A stretch of DNA of 32,722 nucleotides from Octopus bimaculoides (taxonomy: Eukaryota), in NCBI RefSeq assembly GCF_001194135.2, contig NC_068986.1, positions 11,702,638 through 11,735,359 of the forward strand, given 5' to 3'. Shown piece after piece: positions 10,271 to 21,598 of this stretch. The notes beneath the pieces are model-generated. The model worked only from the letters and a program-made list of their open reading frames with translations. It was not told where the DNA came from and made no database searches. Made by a program: the position numbers and the translations under genes. Positions within the stretch are counted from its first letter, which is position 1, and every line of letters begins with the position of its first letter.

Positions 10271-11113
10271 ATATATATATATATATATATATATANNNNN
10301 NNNNNNNNNNNNNNNNNNNNNNNNNNNNNNNNNNNNNNNNNNNNNNNNNNNNNNNNNNNNNNNNNNNNNNNNNNNNNNNNNNNNNNNNNNNNNNNNNNNN
10401 NNNNNNNNNNNNNNNNNNNNNNNNNNNNNNNNNNNNNNNNNNNNNNNNNNNNNNNNNNNNNNNNNNNNNNNNNNNNNNNNNNNNNNNNNNNNNNNNNNNN
10501 NNNNNNNNNNNNNNNNNNNNNNNNNNNNNNNNNNNNNNNNNNNNNNNNNNNNNNNNNNNNNNNNNNNNNNNNNNNNNNNNNNNNNNNNNNNNNNNNNNNN
10601 NNNNNNNNNNNNNNNNNNNNNNNNNNNNNNNNNNNNNNNNNNNNNNNNNNNNNNNNNNNNNNNNNNNNNNNNNNNNNNNNNNNNNNNNNNNNNNNNNNNN
10701 NNNNNNNNNNNNNNNNNNNNNNNNNNNNNNNNNNNNNNNNNNNNNNNNNNNNNNNNNNNNNNNNNNNNNNNNNNNNNNNNNNNNNNNNNNNNNNNNNNNN
10801 NNNNNNNNNNNNNNNNNNNNNNNNNNNNNNNNNNNNNNNNNNNNNNNNNNNNNNNNNNNNNNNNNNNNNNNNNNNNNNNNNNNNNNNNNNNNNNNNNNNN
10901 NNNNNNNNNNNNNNNNNNNNNCACATAATTTGTGTATGTATATGTGTGTATGTGGGTATATATGTATATATCTATATATGTATGTATACATATATGTATC
11001 TTTAAATCTTTAAATTGTTTTAGCTTTCAAGCTGTGGTCATGCTGGGGCACCACCGTATGTATGTATGCATGTATATATGTAGATGTGTGTGTGTGTGTG
11101 TGTGTGTTATTTT

Positions 11114-11236
11114 TTCGACCCCGAAAGGATGAAAGGCAAAGTCTACCTCGGCGGAATTTGAACTCAGAACGCAGTGGCAGACGAAATACCGCTAAGCATT
11201 TCGCCCGGCGTGCTAACTATTCTGCCAGCTCGCCGC
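11114..11236 (-). mobile_element. SINE family A 5' half
   Basis: Reverse complement reads GCGGCGAGCTGGCAGAATAGTTAGCACGCCGGGCGAAATGCTTAGCGG...GAGTTCAAATTCCGCCGAGG...CCTTTCGGGGTCGA. Confidence 0.9.
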
Positions 11237-11354
11237 GCGCGCGCGCGCGGGAGAGAGAGAGACACGAGGTGCATTCCAGATGTTTTGAGACTTTTTAGGG
11301 AGAAGCAGTTATGACTGTTCTAAATTATTATTATTTTGGAGTGTCATTACAATA

Positions 11355-12400
11355 CGTCTAATAAGCTGGCCTGCCACCAACTTTTATTCCAGATTGAAGG
11401 AGACAGGGAGACGGCTATAACAGAACTTTAAACACACCTTACTAAACGTTGCTTATCACAGCAGACAAAGTTGCAGAATGCAGTCGAGTCTGGAAGACAG
11501 TTTGGAAGGAAGCTCGCTACGCAATAAAGTTTTGTGTTAAACCTGGAAAAGACGCTACACAAAAGCATGAACTACTTCAGACTGCTTATGGATTAGCGTC
11601 TGTTTTTCACTGACACAAGAGGACGATAGAGCGAAGGTGAGAGACGATGAGAGGTGTGGGAGGCAGAGAGTTGTCAGAACGACAGAGCTGGTTGAGAAAA
11701 TTTGCAATTTTCTGGATGAAGGTCGTTGTGTGTCTATAAAGACAATAAAGCAAATAGTTTGGAGTTGGTGTGGCCACTGAACACGGAATAATTCATGAAA
11801 ACCTGAATATGCGCAACATTTATGCAAAGTTTGTTCCCAAGCTGCTCAGTGATAATTGGAAGGAGAGACTTGTTGGTGACAGCAAGGAGATGGCTGAGTT
11901 TCTTACCTCCAGTTCAAGAGTACTTGAGTCTCTGGTGACATGTGACGAAAGCTGGATCAACTGTTGTGATTCAGAGACCAAAAGGCAGAGTGCCCAATGG
12001 AAGCATCTTGGCTTCCCCAGATTCAAGAAGGCCAAGCAAAGCAAGTTCACAGCAAGAGCATCATCTACATCCACTAAGTTCCTTCTAGCTAGACGGTCAA
12101 CAAAGACTACTTTGTGAAGGTTTTCTGAGGGAGTTCGGGAAGAGATTTCATTGCAAAAGGCCAGAGCTTTTTAACTTGAGTCTGTGGAACCTGCACCAGG
12201 GCAATGCACCAGCTCACAATTCCATCTTAGTAACCAACGCCTTGATAGGGATGGGCATAAAAGCTATCCCTCATCCTCCGCACTGTCCAGACTCAGATTC
12301 CTTATGGTTGTTCTCCAATGTCGTTTTGAAGACACAGACGAAGGAGGCTGTGACAAGGGTTCTGGACACTTTCACTTTGGCGGCTTCCATTTCGTTGTCA
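11355..12400 (+). mobile_element. mariner (DD34D-type) transposon fossil
   Basis: RYAIKFCVK.GK, AKFVPKLLS, LVTCDESW...ETKRQSAQWKH, LHQGNAPAHNS and PHPPHCPD are mariner motifs; stops, frameshifts and deletions; TIRs not resolved. Confidence 0.9.
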
Positions 12401-13079
12401 CCCACATGAATAAGCAAATTCGCGAGGCCCTAAAGATTGTGACAAAAGAGATGGGTTTAAAAGCACTGTCGCGGATGACAAAAAGAGTAAAGCACGTTTA
12501 ATTCCAGGAGACAGCGTAGAACCGACGGAATTCCGGTAAGTTAGCTAACTTGAAATACTACATATTCTGAGAAATGGGTAACGGTGTGTGGCACAAATGC
12601 CACTGGAAGTACGTAGATATATCTTTGAGTTTTAAGCGCAATAAATCTATAAAACGGATGTGTCACAGTATGGCGATAGAGTTGGGGAAAATCAGAGAGA
12701 TCGTATATCATGTGATTAGGTCATCTGATTTACAGTTGAAGTTTAACTTTTTGTTCTGTTTTCATTCTCTGATAAGAAAAGATATCGTTTAGTTTTGATT
12801 TTGTGTCAGTGTATATGACGCCGCTAAATTCATCATCATCATTATAACCACTCCCACCACTACCACTATCTTCCTGCTCCTCCTCCTCCTCGTCATCGTT
12901 ACGGTTCTTCTCATTCTTGTTGAAGGTAAAGGAATGTCAGAATCGGATCAAATGTCTTGCGATAGATTCAGTTACATTGCCTTGAAGTCCTCAGTTCAAA
13001 TTCCACCTCAAATATTTCTTTATCGTAGCTTTATTTTAGTTATTTATCTATTTTGACATCGAAATTGCTGAACAGTGGC

Positions 13080-13180
13080 ATAAAGCTTTGGTCGGCCAAA
13101 GGTTATAAGTAGAAGGCAGTTGCCCAAGGTGCCACACGGTGGGACTGAACTCAGAACCATGTGGTTGGGAAGCAAACTTC
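13080..13180 (-). mobile_element. SINE family B head fragment
   Basis: Reverse complement reads AACCACATGGTTCTGAGTTCAGTCCCACCGTGTGGCACCTTGGGCAAC...GGCCGACCAAAGC. Confidence 0.8.
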
Positions 13181-13471
13181 CTGAAGATTAAAAGAAAACA
13201 ATACAGATACAGTATTGCCCTACTTCTACTCTGCATTTACCCATCAGGGGGTGACAACGCCCACTTTGAGAAGTAGGAATCTACCTTTAGTTCGGAATGA
13301 GACTATAGGGCGCAGCTGTTTGGACGCAAAGATTTGATACGGCTGACTGGACTTTCGGCTTGTTGTGGAGACAGTAATTTTTGACACTGGAGGTAAAAAC
13401 TCACATACACACACACAAAGACATACACATGCACACAGGCACGCAAGCGCAGAAATATACACATACACATA

Positions 13472-13851
13472 GGCGCAGGAGCGGCTGTGTGGTAAGTAGC
13501 TTGCTTACCAACCACATGGTTCCGGGTTCAGTCTCAACGTGTGACACCTTGGGCAAGTGTCTTCTACTATAGCCTCGGGTCGACCAAAGCCTTGTGAGTG
13601 GATTTGGTAGATGAAAACTGAAAGAAGCCCGTCGTATACACATATATGTATGTGTGTGTGTGTGTGTTTGTGTTTGTCCCGCCACCATCGCTTGACAACC
13701 GAACCTGGTGTGTTTACATCCCCGTAACTTAACAGTTTGGCAAAAGAGATGGATAGAATAAGTACTAGGCTTAAGTCCTGGAGTCGATTTGTTCGACTAA
13801 AGGCGGTGCTCCAGTATGGCCGTAGTCAAATGGCTGAAACAAGTAAAAGAG
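13472..13851 (+). mobile_element. Full-length SINE family B
   Basis: tRNA-like head (A-box TGGCTGTGTGG-type, B-box GGTTCAGTC), CORE-like ACCTTGGGCAAGT, internal TA/TG microsatellite and tail GGCGGTGCTCCAG...GAAACAAGTAAAAGAG. Confidence 0.92.
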
Positions 13852-13860
13852 TATACAAAT

Positions 13861-13899
13861 AGAGTGAGAGAGAGGGGGTAAAAGAAGGAGGAAGAGGGA

Positions 13900-13964
<65 letters not shown>
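13861..13964. repeat. (AG)n microsatellite
   Basis: Read directly. Confidence 0.95.
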
Positions 13965-13971
<7 letters not shown>

Positions 13972-14581
13972 TAAACATTAAAACGTCTGATGTCAAATAA
14001 GTTAGCGTCGAATCAGCGACGCTTAATTGGCGGCTCCAAAACGGTTGCACCATGACGAATCATAACATCCTAATTAGGCGTTACTTAACTAATCATGACA
14101 TCCTATTTAGGCGCTACTTAATAAATATGAGTCTTTGTACTCTTTCGAATATAACCAACAATAAATATTTACAACACCCCGGGTTCGTGTCAGTATTTGA
14201 CTTCCAGGATTCCAAAAGGAAATAACTTCACTGTTTTTAATTGTCCATTTATGGTTGTTGTTGTTGTTGTTGTCTAGCCCCAGGGGCAGCACTTATCGTG
14301 CAGTCCCTCAGTTTAAAGACATTCTAGTTGTGACCATTCCGTCTTTTTCCCCAGACACTGCGCACGCAAGACTCACGTTAGCTAATGTTTTTTTTTAACC
14401 CCTTTTATTAAGACGTTAGAATGTGATTTGAGGGCGGTTTAGTTACTGTCTCTAGCAGGTCAAAAGACCATGTTGAGGTTCCCTTATTGCTTCTTTCAGA
14501 TTATTGCATTCTGGGAAATTAAACTAGAAATTAAACTAATCTAGAGTTAGGTTATTGCTCATTTAAATATTTCTGGATGGC

Positions 14582-14654
14582 TAATTATAGCAGAGGTAAT
14601 TATAACAGGTAATTATAGCAAAGGTAATTATAACAGAGGTAATTATAACAGAGA
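14582..14654. repeat. About 15-bp minisatellite TAATTATA(A/G)CAGAGG, 5 copies
   Basis: Units start at 14582, 14597 (13 bp), 14610, 14625 and 14640. Confidence 0.85.
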
Positions 14655-14718
14655 TAAATGACTTACCCCTTTACTAGACTTAGTGGCCTTATGTCTTCGA
14701 AAGAATGCATTACCTATA

Positions 14719-15610
14719 CAGGGTGCGGTGAATAAATTGTCGTCTAAATTACGCAAAAATGAAAATAACGCTGACATCTCATTTTAATAGATATATTTAC
14801 CAAAATTACATTAAAATATCTTGAAATACTAAAGAGTAAATTTATTCAATAAAATTGCCATTGGCTTCAGCCACGGCCTCCAGATGACTTCGGAATCTCA
14901 TTCAGCTCTTCTGGACGGTCTCCTTGTTTAAGTTGGTGAATGCTGCCATAATCCTTGCCTTCAGTTCATCTTTGGTGTTACAAGGAGTTTTGTTGGGCTC
15001 TCGCTCAACTGCGCCCCACACATAATAATCAAGGAGTTGCAGTTTGGGGAGTTAGGTGGCCAGATGTTAGGGGTGGTGTGGTCGCAGAAATTGTCTGACA
15101 GCTATGACTGGGTTCTCCTGCTTCTGTGCCATGGTGCAGAGTCCTGTTGCCAGACATAGGGTCTTCCAGTAGCCACCCTCTTCACTCAGGGCAGCACTAC
15201 TTCCACCAGGCACTTGATGTAGGCCTTCGTGTTGAGTCTGAGGCCGTGTGGGAAGATGAATGGAGGCATAACGTCGCCATCACTAGTGATCACTCCAAAC
15301 ACCATGATGCTGGCTAGATGTTTCCTTTTTATCACTCTCAGTACATGTCCTCAGACTGCCCTGCCCTCAAATTGACACCCAAACACTCTGAAATGTTGGT
15401 ATTGGCGCTTCCGGCGTGAATGCCATACATTACAGCATGTCGTTTTCAAATTTCTGGCAGAGTGAATTGCGTCATGATGCTGTTTTTTTTTCTCATAGAC
15501 GGTGCCCAACTGACTCTACTATACTGTGTAATCGACACAATCAAAAACAAACAATGCACGTGCGTGAAATTAAAAGCATAAAACGTCGACAATTTACCCA
15601 TCGCACTCCG
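14719..15610 (-). mobile_element. maT (DD37D) non-autonomous transposon, copy 2
   Basis: TA|CAGGGTGCGGTGAATAAATTGTCG end; reverse complement is collinear with 9415-10270, including the same internal deletion junction. Confidence 0.9.
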
Positions 15611-15614
15611 CATA

Positions 15615-15678
15615 TACAGAGTGATTAGTTACAGAGTGATTAGTTACAGAGTGATTAGTTACAGAGTGATTAGTTACA
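15615..15678. repeat. 15-bp minisatellite TACAGAGTGATTAGT, 4.3 copies
   Basis: Four identical units starting at 15615, 15630, 15645 and 15660. Confidence 0.95.
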
Positions 15679-17187
15679 AACGATCAGGATTTAGAAATTA
15701 TAAGAAACTGAAATATAACGAGATTCATTTTTCTCCTCAGTTAATCAATAACGATTATAATTCTTGAACTATTTTAATTGTTAGTTAATAGATATAATTT
15801 CAATTGTAGAATTTCTACTTCAGCTTATTACAGTGTGAATAGAACACCTGATTAGGTTTTATAGAAATCAAATTATTGATACGTATATTTAGCCAGGCGA
15901 TTAAAACACTTTTGTACGTTGCAGTGTGTGAGTGTATGCTAAATTATTGAAAGAATACGTAACTGCAGACACAATATACTCGATGTTGATCTCTGAGTAA
16001 GGAATAGAGAGATATAATGTAACAGAGGTCTGAGGGCCAGCAAACGAAAATATTTTCTCTAAAATTAGCTGAGGAAATAAAATTCTCTGACAAGTACAAA
16101 CACCGCAGCCATTACACGCTAACCATTGTTTGTCATTGCGACCTAAATTGATCAGGAATCTTGTCTTGTTAGTTCCAGATTCCTTTAGGGTGTAGAAGTA
16201 ATATTTGAAGACTTCACCAAACTTTCATATGGTCTACCAGGGCAAGTTAACCTGGAAGAGCACACATTCTCCAAATACCACGCATGGAAATATTTGAGGG
16301 CCACGATATAAGTTAAAAAGCAGCCTGCAACCATACCACTCATTGACGAATGTAGAATACATTTACTGTTTCCTAATTTATAGTTAAGTGGACTGCGTCA
16401 TTTGAAAGTTAAGTATCGAAGCTACTGACAAATAGCAACGCTACCTCGATACAAAGTAAATATTTGGCACTTTTCGTACCGGAAGTCTTTGCTATATTTT
16501 TAAAAATCAGAGTAATTAAGAGCGTTAAATGAAATGCATTCTTGTCCTCTAAAATAGCTAATATTCACCGAGTGTTCTCAAAGAATTTGTCTGTTTATTC
16601 AGCGATTTCAACAAATTTATAGAACATTGAAAATTTTAATCATCTTTCTAATACAAATATATCATCGTAAAACCTAAAAACATTTTAATGTACGCACTGG
16701 TGTGTTGATTTTATGCGGGTTTCACGTTTATACTTAAACGTATAAATGATTTCAAGATGTAATATGTCTAAAACTTTGCTGTTACACATACACGCATATA
16801 ATACTGTATATGAAATAATTATTGGCAACCGAAGCAATATTACTACCAAAAGGTGATATTTATCCCTACTTAAAAGTGGATGTTGTATTAGAACACGAAA
16901 TATTGCGATAGTTACCACGAGAGAAACTCTCACGTTGGCTTTCAGTGCTTATAAGCATTCTTGTCTACATCGCTAGCGAATGGGTAAATCATCCGCCATC
17001 GCTACCACCGATCATATGTTTTCAGCCTTCCCTGGCCTTGTCAATGGTAGACGCTCGGACGCTGGAGATAGTAGCGATATCTCTGCTAGTGATATACACA
17101 GAATCACGAATAGTCAGTGAATTTCTTAAGAAAATAATCTGTGACTACCAGATCTCGTGATTTTGGCCTTCCTTGGCTTTAATATAC

Positions 17188-17223
17188 CCACACACGCACG
17201 CACGCACGCACACACACACACAC

Positions 17224-17284
<61 letters not shown>
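17188..17284. repeat. (CA)n microsatellite
   Basis: Read directly. Confidence 0.95.
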
Positions 17285-17285
<1 letters not shown>

Positions 17286-17328
17286 CTTTCTCCCACATAC
17301 ACTCGTACAAATAGAAAGTCAACGTAAA

Positions 17329-17518
17329 GCGGAGAGCTGGGAGAATTGTCAGTACGCTGGACGAAATGCTTAGCGGTATTTCGCTACGCTCTGAGTTCAA
17401 CTTCCGCCAAGATCGACTTAACCTTTCATCCTTTCGGGGTCGATAAATTAAGTACCAGCGACTCACCGGGGTCCCTCTCCCACAAATTTCAGGCCTTGTG
17501 CCTATAATAGAAAAGAAT
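17329..17518 (+). mobile_element. SINE family A (variant tail GGCCTTGTGCC)
   Basis: Head GAAATGCTTAGCGGTATTTC, B-box GAGTTCAAC, TTTCATCCTTTCGGGGTCGATAAATTAAGTACCAG. Confidence 0.88.
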
Positions 17519-17671
17519 ATAAAGTCAACGAGCAGAGATGCATATAAACCCGTTAATGAGATTGTATATACGAAAAATTTGTTCCAGACGTGGGTGACTC
17601 TTTAAAAATTAGTCAAGTAAAAACATTTTGTAGATATTGGTGTAAATACCTTTAGTAATGATCGGCAATAA

Positions 17672-18014
17672 CTTTTATTCTTTTATTTGTTTCAGTCATT
17701 TGACTGCGGCCATGCTGGAGCACCGCCTTTAGTCGAACAAATCGACCCCAGGACTTATTCTTTGTAAGCCTAGTACTTATTCTATCCGTTCCTTTTACCG
17801 AACCGCTAAGTTACGGGGACGTGAACACACAAACATCGGTTGTCAAGCGATGGTCGGGGGACAAACACAGGCACACAGACACACACACACTGATATATGT
17901 ATATATATATACACATATATACGACAGGCTTCTTTCAGTTTCCGTCTACCAAATCCACCCACGAGGCTTTGGTCGGCCCGAGGCTATAGTAGAAGACACT
18001 TGCCCAAGATGCCA
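17672..18014 (-). mobile_element. SINE family B lacking its tRNA head
   Basis: Reverse complement matches 13545-13851. Confidence 0.92.
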
Positions 18015-18027
18015 TATGTATATATAT

Positions 18028-18030
<3 letters not shown>

Positions 18031-18073
<43 letters not shown>

Positions 18074-18096
18074 AGAGAAAGAGAGAGAGAGAGAGA
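18031..18096. repeat. (GA)n microsatellite
   Basis: Read directly. Confidence 0.9.
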
Positions 18097-18104
18097 TGTA
18101 TTTC

Positions 18105-18322
18105 TGTGTCTGTGTTTGTCCCCCCAACATCTGTTGTCCCCATCTGTTGTCAAACGATGTTGGTGTGTTTCCATTCCAGTAAGCTAGTGGTTTGGCAAAA
18201 TAGACCGATAGAATAAGTACCAGGCTTTACAAAGAATAAGTTCTGGAGTCGATTTGTTCGACTAAAGGCGGTGCTCCAGCATGGCTGCAGTCAGATGACT
18301 GAAACAAATAAAAGAATAAAAG
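18105..18322 (+). mobile_element. SINE family B 3' half
   Basis: GTGTTTGTCCCCC...GATAGAATAAGTACC...GGCGGTGCTCCAGCATGGC...GAAACAAATAAAAG. Confidence 0.9.
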
Positions 18323-18339
18323 ACTAAAGAACGATTAGA

Positions 18340-18900
18340 AAATGAAATCTCGGTTTCCCTATTTGTGCTGCGAGATGTGTTCCTGTGTTGATGGTTTCTT
18401 GCTTTGAACAGGTTAGCTGTTAAACCTTTGTATGCAGCTGTAGTTGGTGTTGCGTTGAAGAGTATATTATTAGTGGCTATAGCGAAAGGGTTTGTGTGGT
18501 GGACGAGGTTGGAAGGTCTGAGGACTGAGACTTTCCTCTTTGGTAGAGCCCTCATTAACTTTTTCAGGTTTCATTCGAAAAGAAAGGTGAAGATGAAGCG
18601 GGGTAAGCTGCATTTGAGTGAGTTTATTGAAAGGCGGGTGAAGGTGGCGAAATAGCCAGAGTGGATGGAAGCGTCCAAAGTGTAAGCCTGGCATTCAAGG
18701 AGATCTTACATCTGTGAGGTTTATCGATTGGCTCTAGATAGAAATTTTCTTGTATCAGACAGGTTGTAAGAACATCATTGCTTATTTTTTTTTTAGTTAT
18801 AGTTCATTCATTTTTTCATTCGATTTTTTGTGTAAATTACCATACTTTACATTTTCCTTGTAATTGTCTCCCTTTTCACCTCCTTGGTGATAAATAAATG
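18340..18900 (+). mobile_element. L1/Tx1-like LINE 3' end (ORF2 C-terminus plus T-rich 3' UTR)
   Basis: VWWTRLEGL...ALINFFRFHSKRKVKMKR...SEFIERRVKVA resembles Tx1 ORF2 C-termini; a T-rich tail and AATAAA follow near 18892. Confidence 0.6.
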
Positions 18901-19087
18901 AAATCGTTATTTTTTTAGTGCCGTATACTAAGCATACTTCCCTTCTTTTAATGTATACTGTGTATACCTTAAATTTTTTTTTTTATCATTTCATTATATG
19001 TAAACCCCCACACTTTATGTCTGTCTTTGTGTTGTCCCCCTCATCCTTCGTCCTGGTGGCAAATAAATGAAACCATAAAAGAAATTA

Positions 19088-19088
19088 C

Positions 19089-19140
<52 letters not shown>
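19088..19140. repeat. (ATT)n microsatellite
   Basis: Read directly. Confidence 0.95.
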
Positions 19141-19665
19141 GCCGCCATACTGTAAAAACACGGTAACTTGAAGCTCCGTAAGTTATTAGAGTGTTTATAA
19201 TCTTTCCGGCCTTCTAAGGCCCCGCGTTTTNNNNNNNNNNNNNNNNNNNNNNNNNNNNNNNNNNNNNNNNNNNNNNNNNNNNNNNNNNNNNNNNNNNNNN
19301 NNNNNNNNNNNNNNNNNNNNNNNNNNNNNNNNNNNNNNNNNNNNNNNNNNNNNNNNNNNNNNNNNNNNNNNNNNNNNNNNNNNNNNNNNNNNNNNNNNNN
19401 NNNNNNNNNNNNNNNNNNNNNNNNNNNNNNNNNNNNNNNNNNNNNNNNNNNNNNNNNNNNNNNNNNNNNNNNNNNNNNNNNNNNNNNNNNNNNNNNNNNN
19501 NNNNNNNNNNNNNNNNNNNNNNNNNNNNNNNNNNNNNNNNNNNNNNNNNNNNNNNNNNNNNNNNNNNNNNNNNNNNNNNNNNNNNNNNNNNNNNNNNNNN
19601 NNNNNNNNNNNNNNNNNNNNNNNNNNNNNNNNNNNNNNNNNNNNNNNNNNNNNNNNNNNNNNNNN

Positions 19666-19708
<43 letters not shown>

Positions 19709-19714
19709 GTGTGT

Positions 19715-20757
19715 GTCTGTACATTATTTACAATGGACGGATATGTGTCCTCACCTTATTTGTTGTTACCACAACATTTCGGCTGATTTACTCTCCAGAC
19801 TTCATCAGGTGTTCTGGTGGAATTTTGAGCCCAACCCCTTATTTGACTAATAGGGTACTCTGTTCTCATTCGTAAGGTATTTTTTTTGTTCTTGCCGATG
19901 TTATTTGTTTTGTTGATATTATTTTCCAAATCCCTGTCTGGAATTGAACTCAAAATCCGAGGGTTGATAGCCCGCACTCTTATTCACTATATGCCGCTAT
20001 ATGCACTAGGTCTGCTTAGGAGGTTATTGTGTCCTACCATATGTGCTGCCTCATTTAGTTTTCGTATTTTCCAGTGGTGTTCTCTGTCTATTATTTTAAT
20101 TTCATCCCAGAGGGGGAAGTGGTCTCCGTTTTTCCATACAAGATCAGTTATAACCAATTTATCAATATCTCCTCGTGTCACAGCTTCACGATGTTCCTCT
20201 ACCCTTATTTTAAGGGGGCAGTATGTTTCGCCTTCGTAAAACTTACTGAAACTGCATGGGATGGAGTACATGCAGTCTTTGGTCATATTCTCTTCTCTGG
20301 GTGGTTTTACTCGGAGGAGATATTTGCGAAGTGTTGTATTACTTTTGTACACTGCCCTGATGTCATATGGACCGCATATCTTTGGTATCTTTTCCTAGAG
20401 ACCTTTCATACAGAGTAGACAGACCATGATCAGTTTATGGGTTTCAACCTCACTTTTCTTCCTAATTGGAGTGGATAGTATATTTCCTGGGTAGTTGTTG
20501 CGTATTTGATTGTTTCTTAGCCTGATCATTTCTTCGCGGCGTGTATCAGGAACGCAACTTATATTCTTCGCTCGATGTTTTAGGTACTGAGCCATCCCAA
20601 TCTTTTCACTGTATGGATGGTGGGAATCGAAGTTGAGGTATCGTCAAGTGAAGGTTGGCTTGCGGTATACGGATGTCATGAACCTATACTCAGTGGGGTG
20701 TTATTAATACATCCAGGAATGCCAGCTGATTGTCTTTTACCTTTTCCATTGTGTACA
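19715..20757 (-). mobile_element. Penelope-like retroelement, 5'-truncated (RT C-terminus, GIY-YIG endonuclease, terminal repeat)
   Basis: YTMEKVKDNQLAFLDVLI, TSVYRKPTFT*RYLNFDSHHP and CMYSIPCSFSKFYEGET...LKIRVEEH...WKIRKLNEA are diagnostic Penelope RT and GIY-YIG motifs. Confidence 0.92.
19768..19813 (-). ncRNA. Minimal type I hammerhead ribozyme motif in the Penelope terminal repeat
   Basis: Reverse complement reads ACAC-CTGATGA-A-GTCTG(GAGAGTAAAT)CAGCC-GAAA-TG-TT-GTGG; CUGAUGA and GAAA cores intact, one mismatch each in stems I and II. Confidence 0.7.
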
Positions 20758-20789
20758 TAATTCCGTATCTCAAAAATATAGAATGTGTG

Positions 20790-20887
20790 TGTGTCTGTGT
20801 TTGCCACTCCGCCATCGCTTGACAACCGATGCTGGTGTGTTCACGTCCCTGTCACTTATGACTGAAACAAGTGAGACAAGTAAAAGA

Positions 20888-20890
<3 letters not shown>
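20790..20890 (+). mobile_element. SINE family B internal and tail fragment
   Basis: CCATCGCTTGACAACCGATGCTGGTGTGTT joined to ATGACTGAAACAAGT...AAGTAAAAGA. Confidence 0.8.
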
Positions 20891-20918
<28 letters not shown>

Positions 20919-21198
20919 TATNNNNNNNNNNNNNNNNNNNNNNNNNNNNNNNNNNNNNNNNNNNNNNNNNNNNNNNNNNNNNNNNNNNNNNNNNNNNNNN
21001 NNNNNNNNNNNNNNNNNNNNNNNNNNNNNNNNNNNNNNNNNNNATAAAACGAAAAATTATTATCGTAATTGCTTTGTATCGTTTACGGTTTGCATCTTTA
21101 GAGTATCCATCGCGTTTATTTTTGCGTGGGAAAAATAAAATACAATGTTGTTTTCAGCTTATAAACTTGTATTTACTTCCATTGCAATGTGGCATAAA

Positions 21199-21430
21199 GG
21201 CGCATAGCCTAGTGGTTAGGATGTTACGTTCATGACTGTAAGATCGGGGTTTCGAGGTCTGGGGCGGACGATGCGTTGTGTTCTTCAGCAAAACACTCCA
21301 TTTTACATTACTTCAGACCTCTCAGCTGTAAAATGAGTTTCAGCAATAGATGGGAAGTTAACTCTGTGATGAATTAATGTCCTGTTCGTAATCTCAGTCA
21401 ATTGTACACCATTGAAACCGAGTTAAGTTA
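21199..21430 (+). mobile_element. Third tRNA-derived SINE (family C), CORE/V-like central domain, decayed
   Basis: GGCGCATAGCCTAGTGGTTAGG (A-box), GGTTTCGAGG (B-box-like), GTGTTCTTCAGCAAAACACT...CAGCTGTAAAATGAGT (resembles the CORE/MIR TCTGTAAAATGG), then an AACTCTGTGATG...GAAACCG tail. Confidence 0.65.
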
Positions 21431-21598
21431 TGGGCCGTCCTGGCAGCACCATGTGCCGCTGGGCAACTCACTGCGCTGGGCCCTATAGTAATTACTTACC
21501 GACAGTTAGTTATAACGTACATTTACCAGAATTGAACCCTTAGGCCCGTGAGGCTCCCGGGCAACTGTTCAGTGTGTCCCTACCTTGAGACATCACCG
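21431..21598. mobile_element. Possible decayed hAT-type MITE
   Basis: Starts GGGCCGTCCT, has GGGCCC/AGGCCC subterminal motifs and ends CCCGGGCAACTGTTCAGTGTGTCCC...AGACATCACCGG, like CAGGGCCG-type hAT MITEs; TIR and TSD not clean. Confidence 0.35.

Noticed and set aside
7015-10991. Long ORFs of 220-397 aa in the track (also at 24332-26752 and 29123-31048)
   Set aside because: They are runs of X from N gaps plus microsatellite translation.
11355-12400. Domesticated or active transposase
   Set aside because: Multiple stops and frameshifts, the second catalytic Asp reads Gly (HQGNA) and the third-Asp region is deleted.
14255-14490. Segment reminiscent of another octopus interspersed repeat
   Set aside because: Only one copy in the window and no internal hallmark, so it cannot be supported from the sequence alone.
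16980-17120. 46-aa ORF MGKSSAIATTDHMFSAFPGLVNGRRSDAGDSSDISASDIHRITNSQ
   Set aside because: No recognisable domain or supporting splice or promoter context; the length is within chance expectation.
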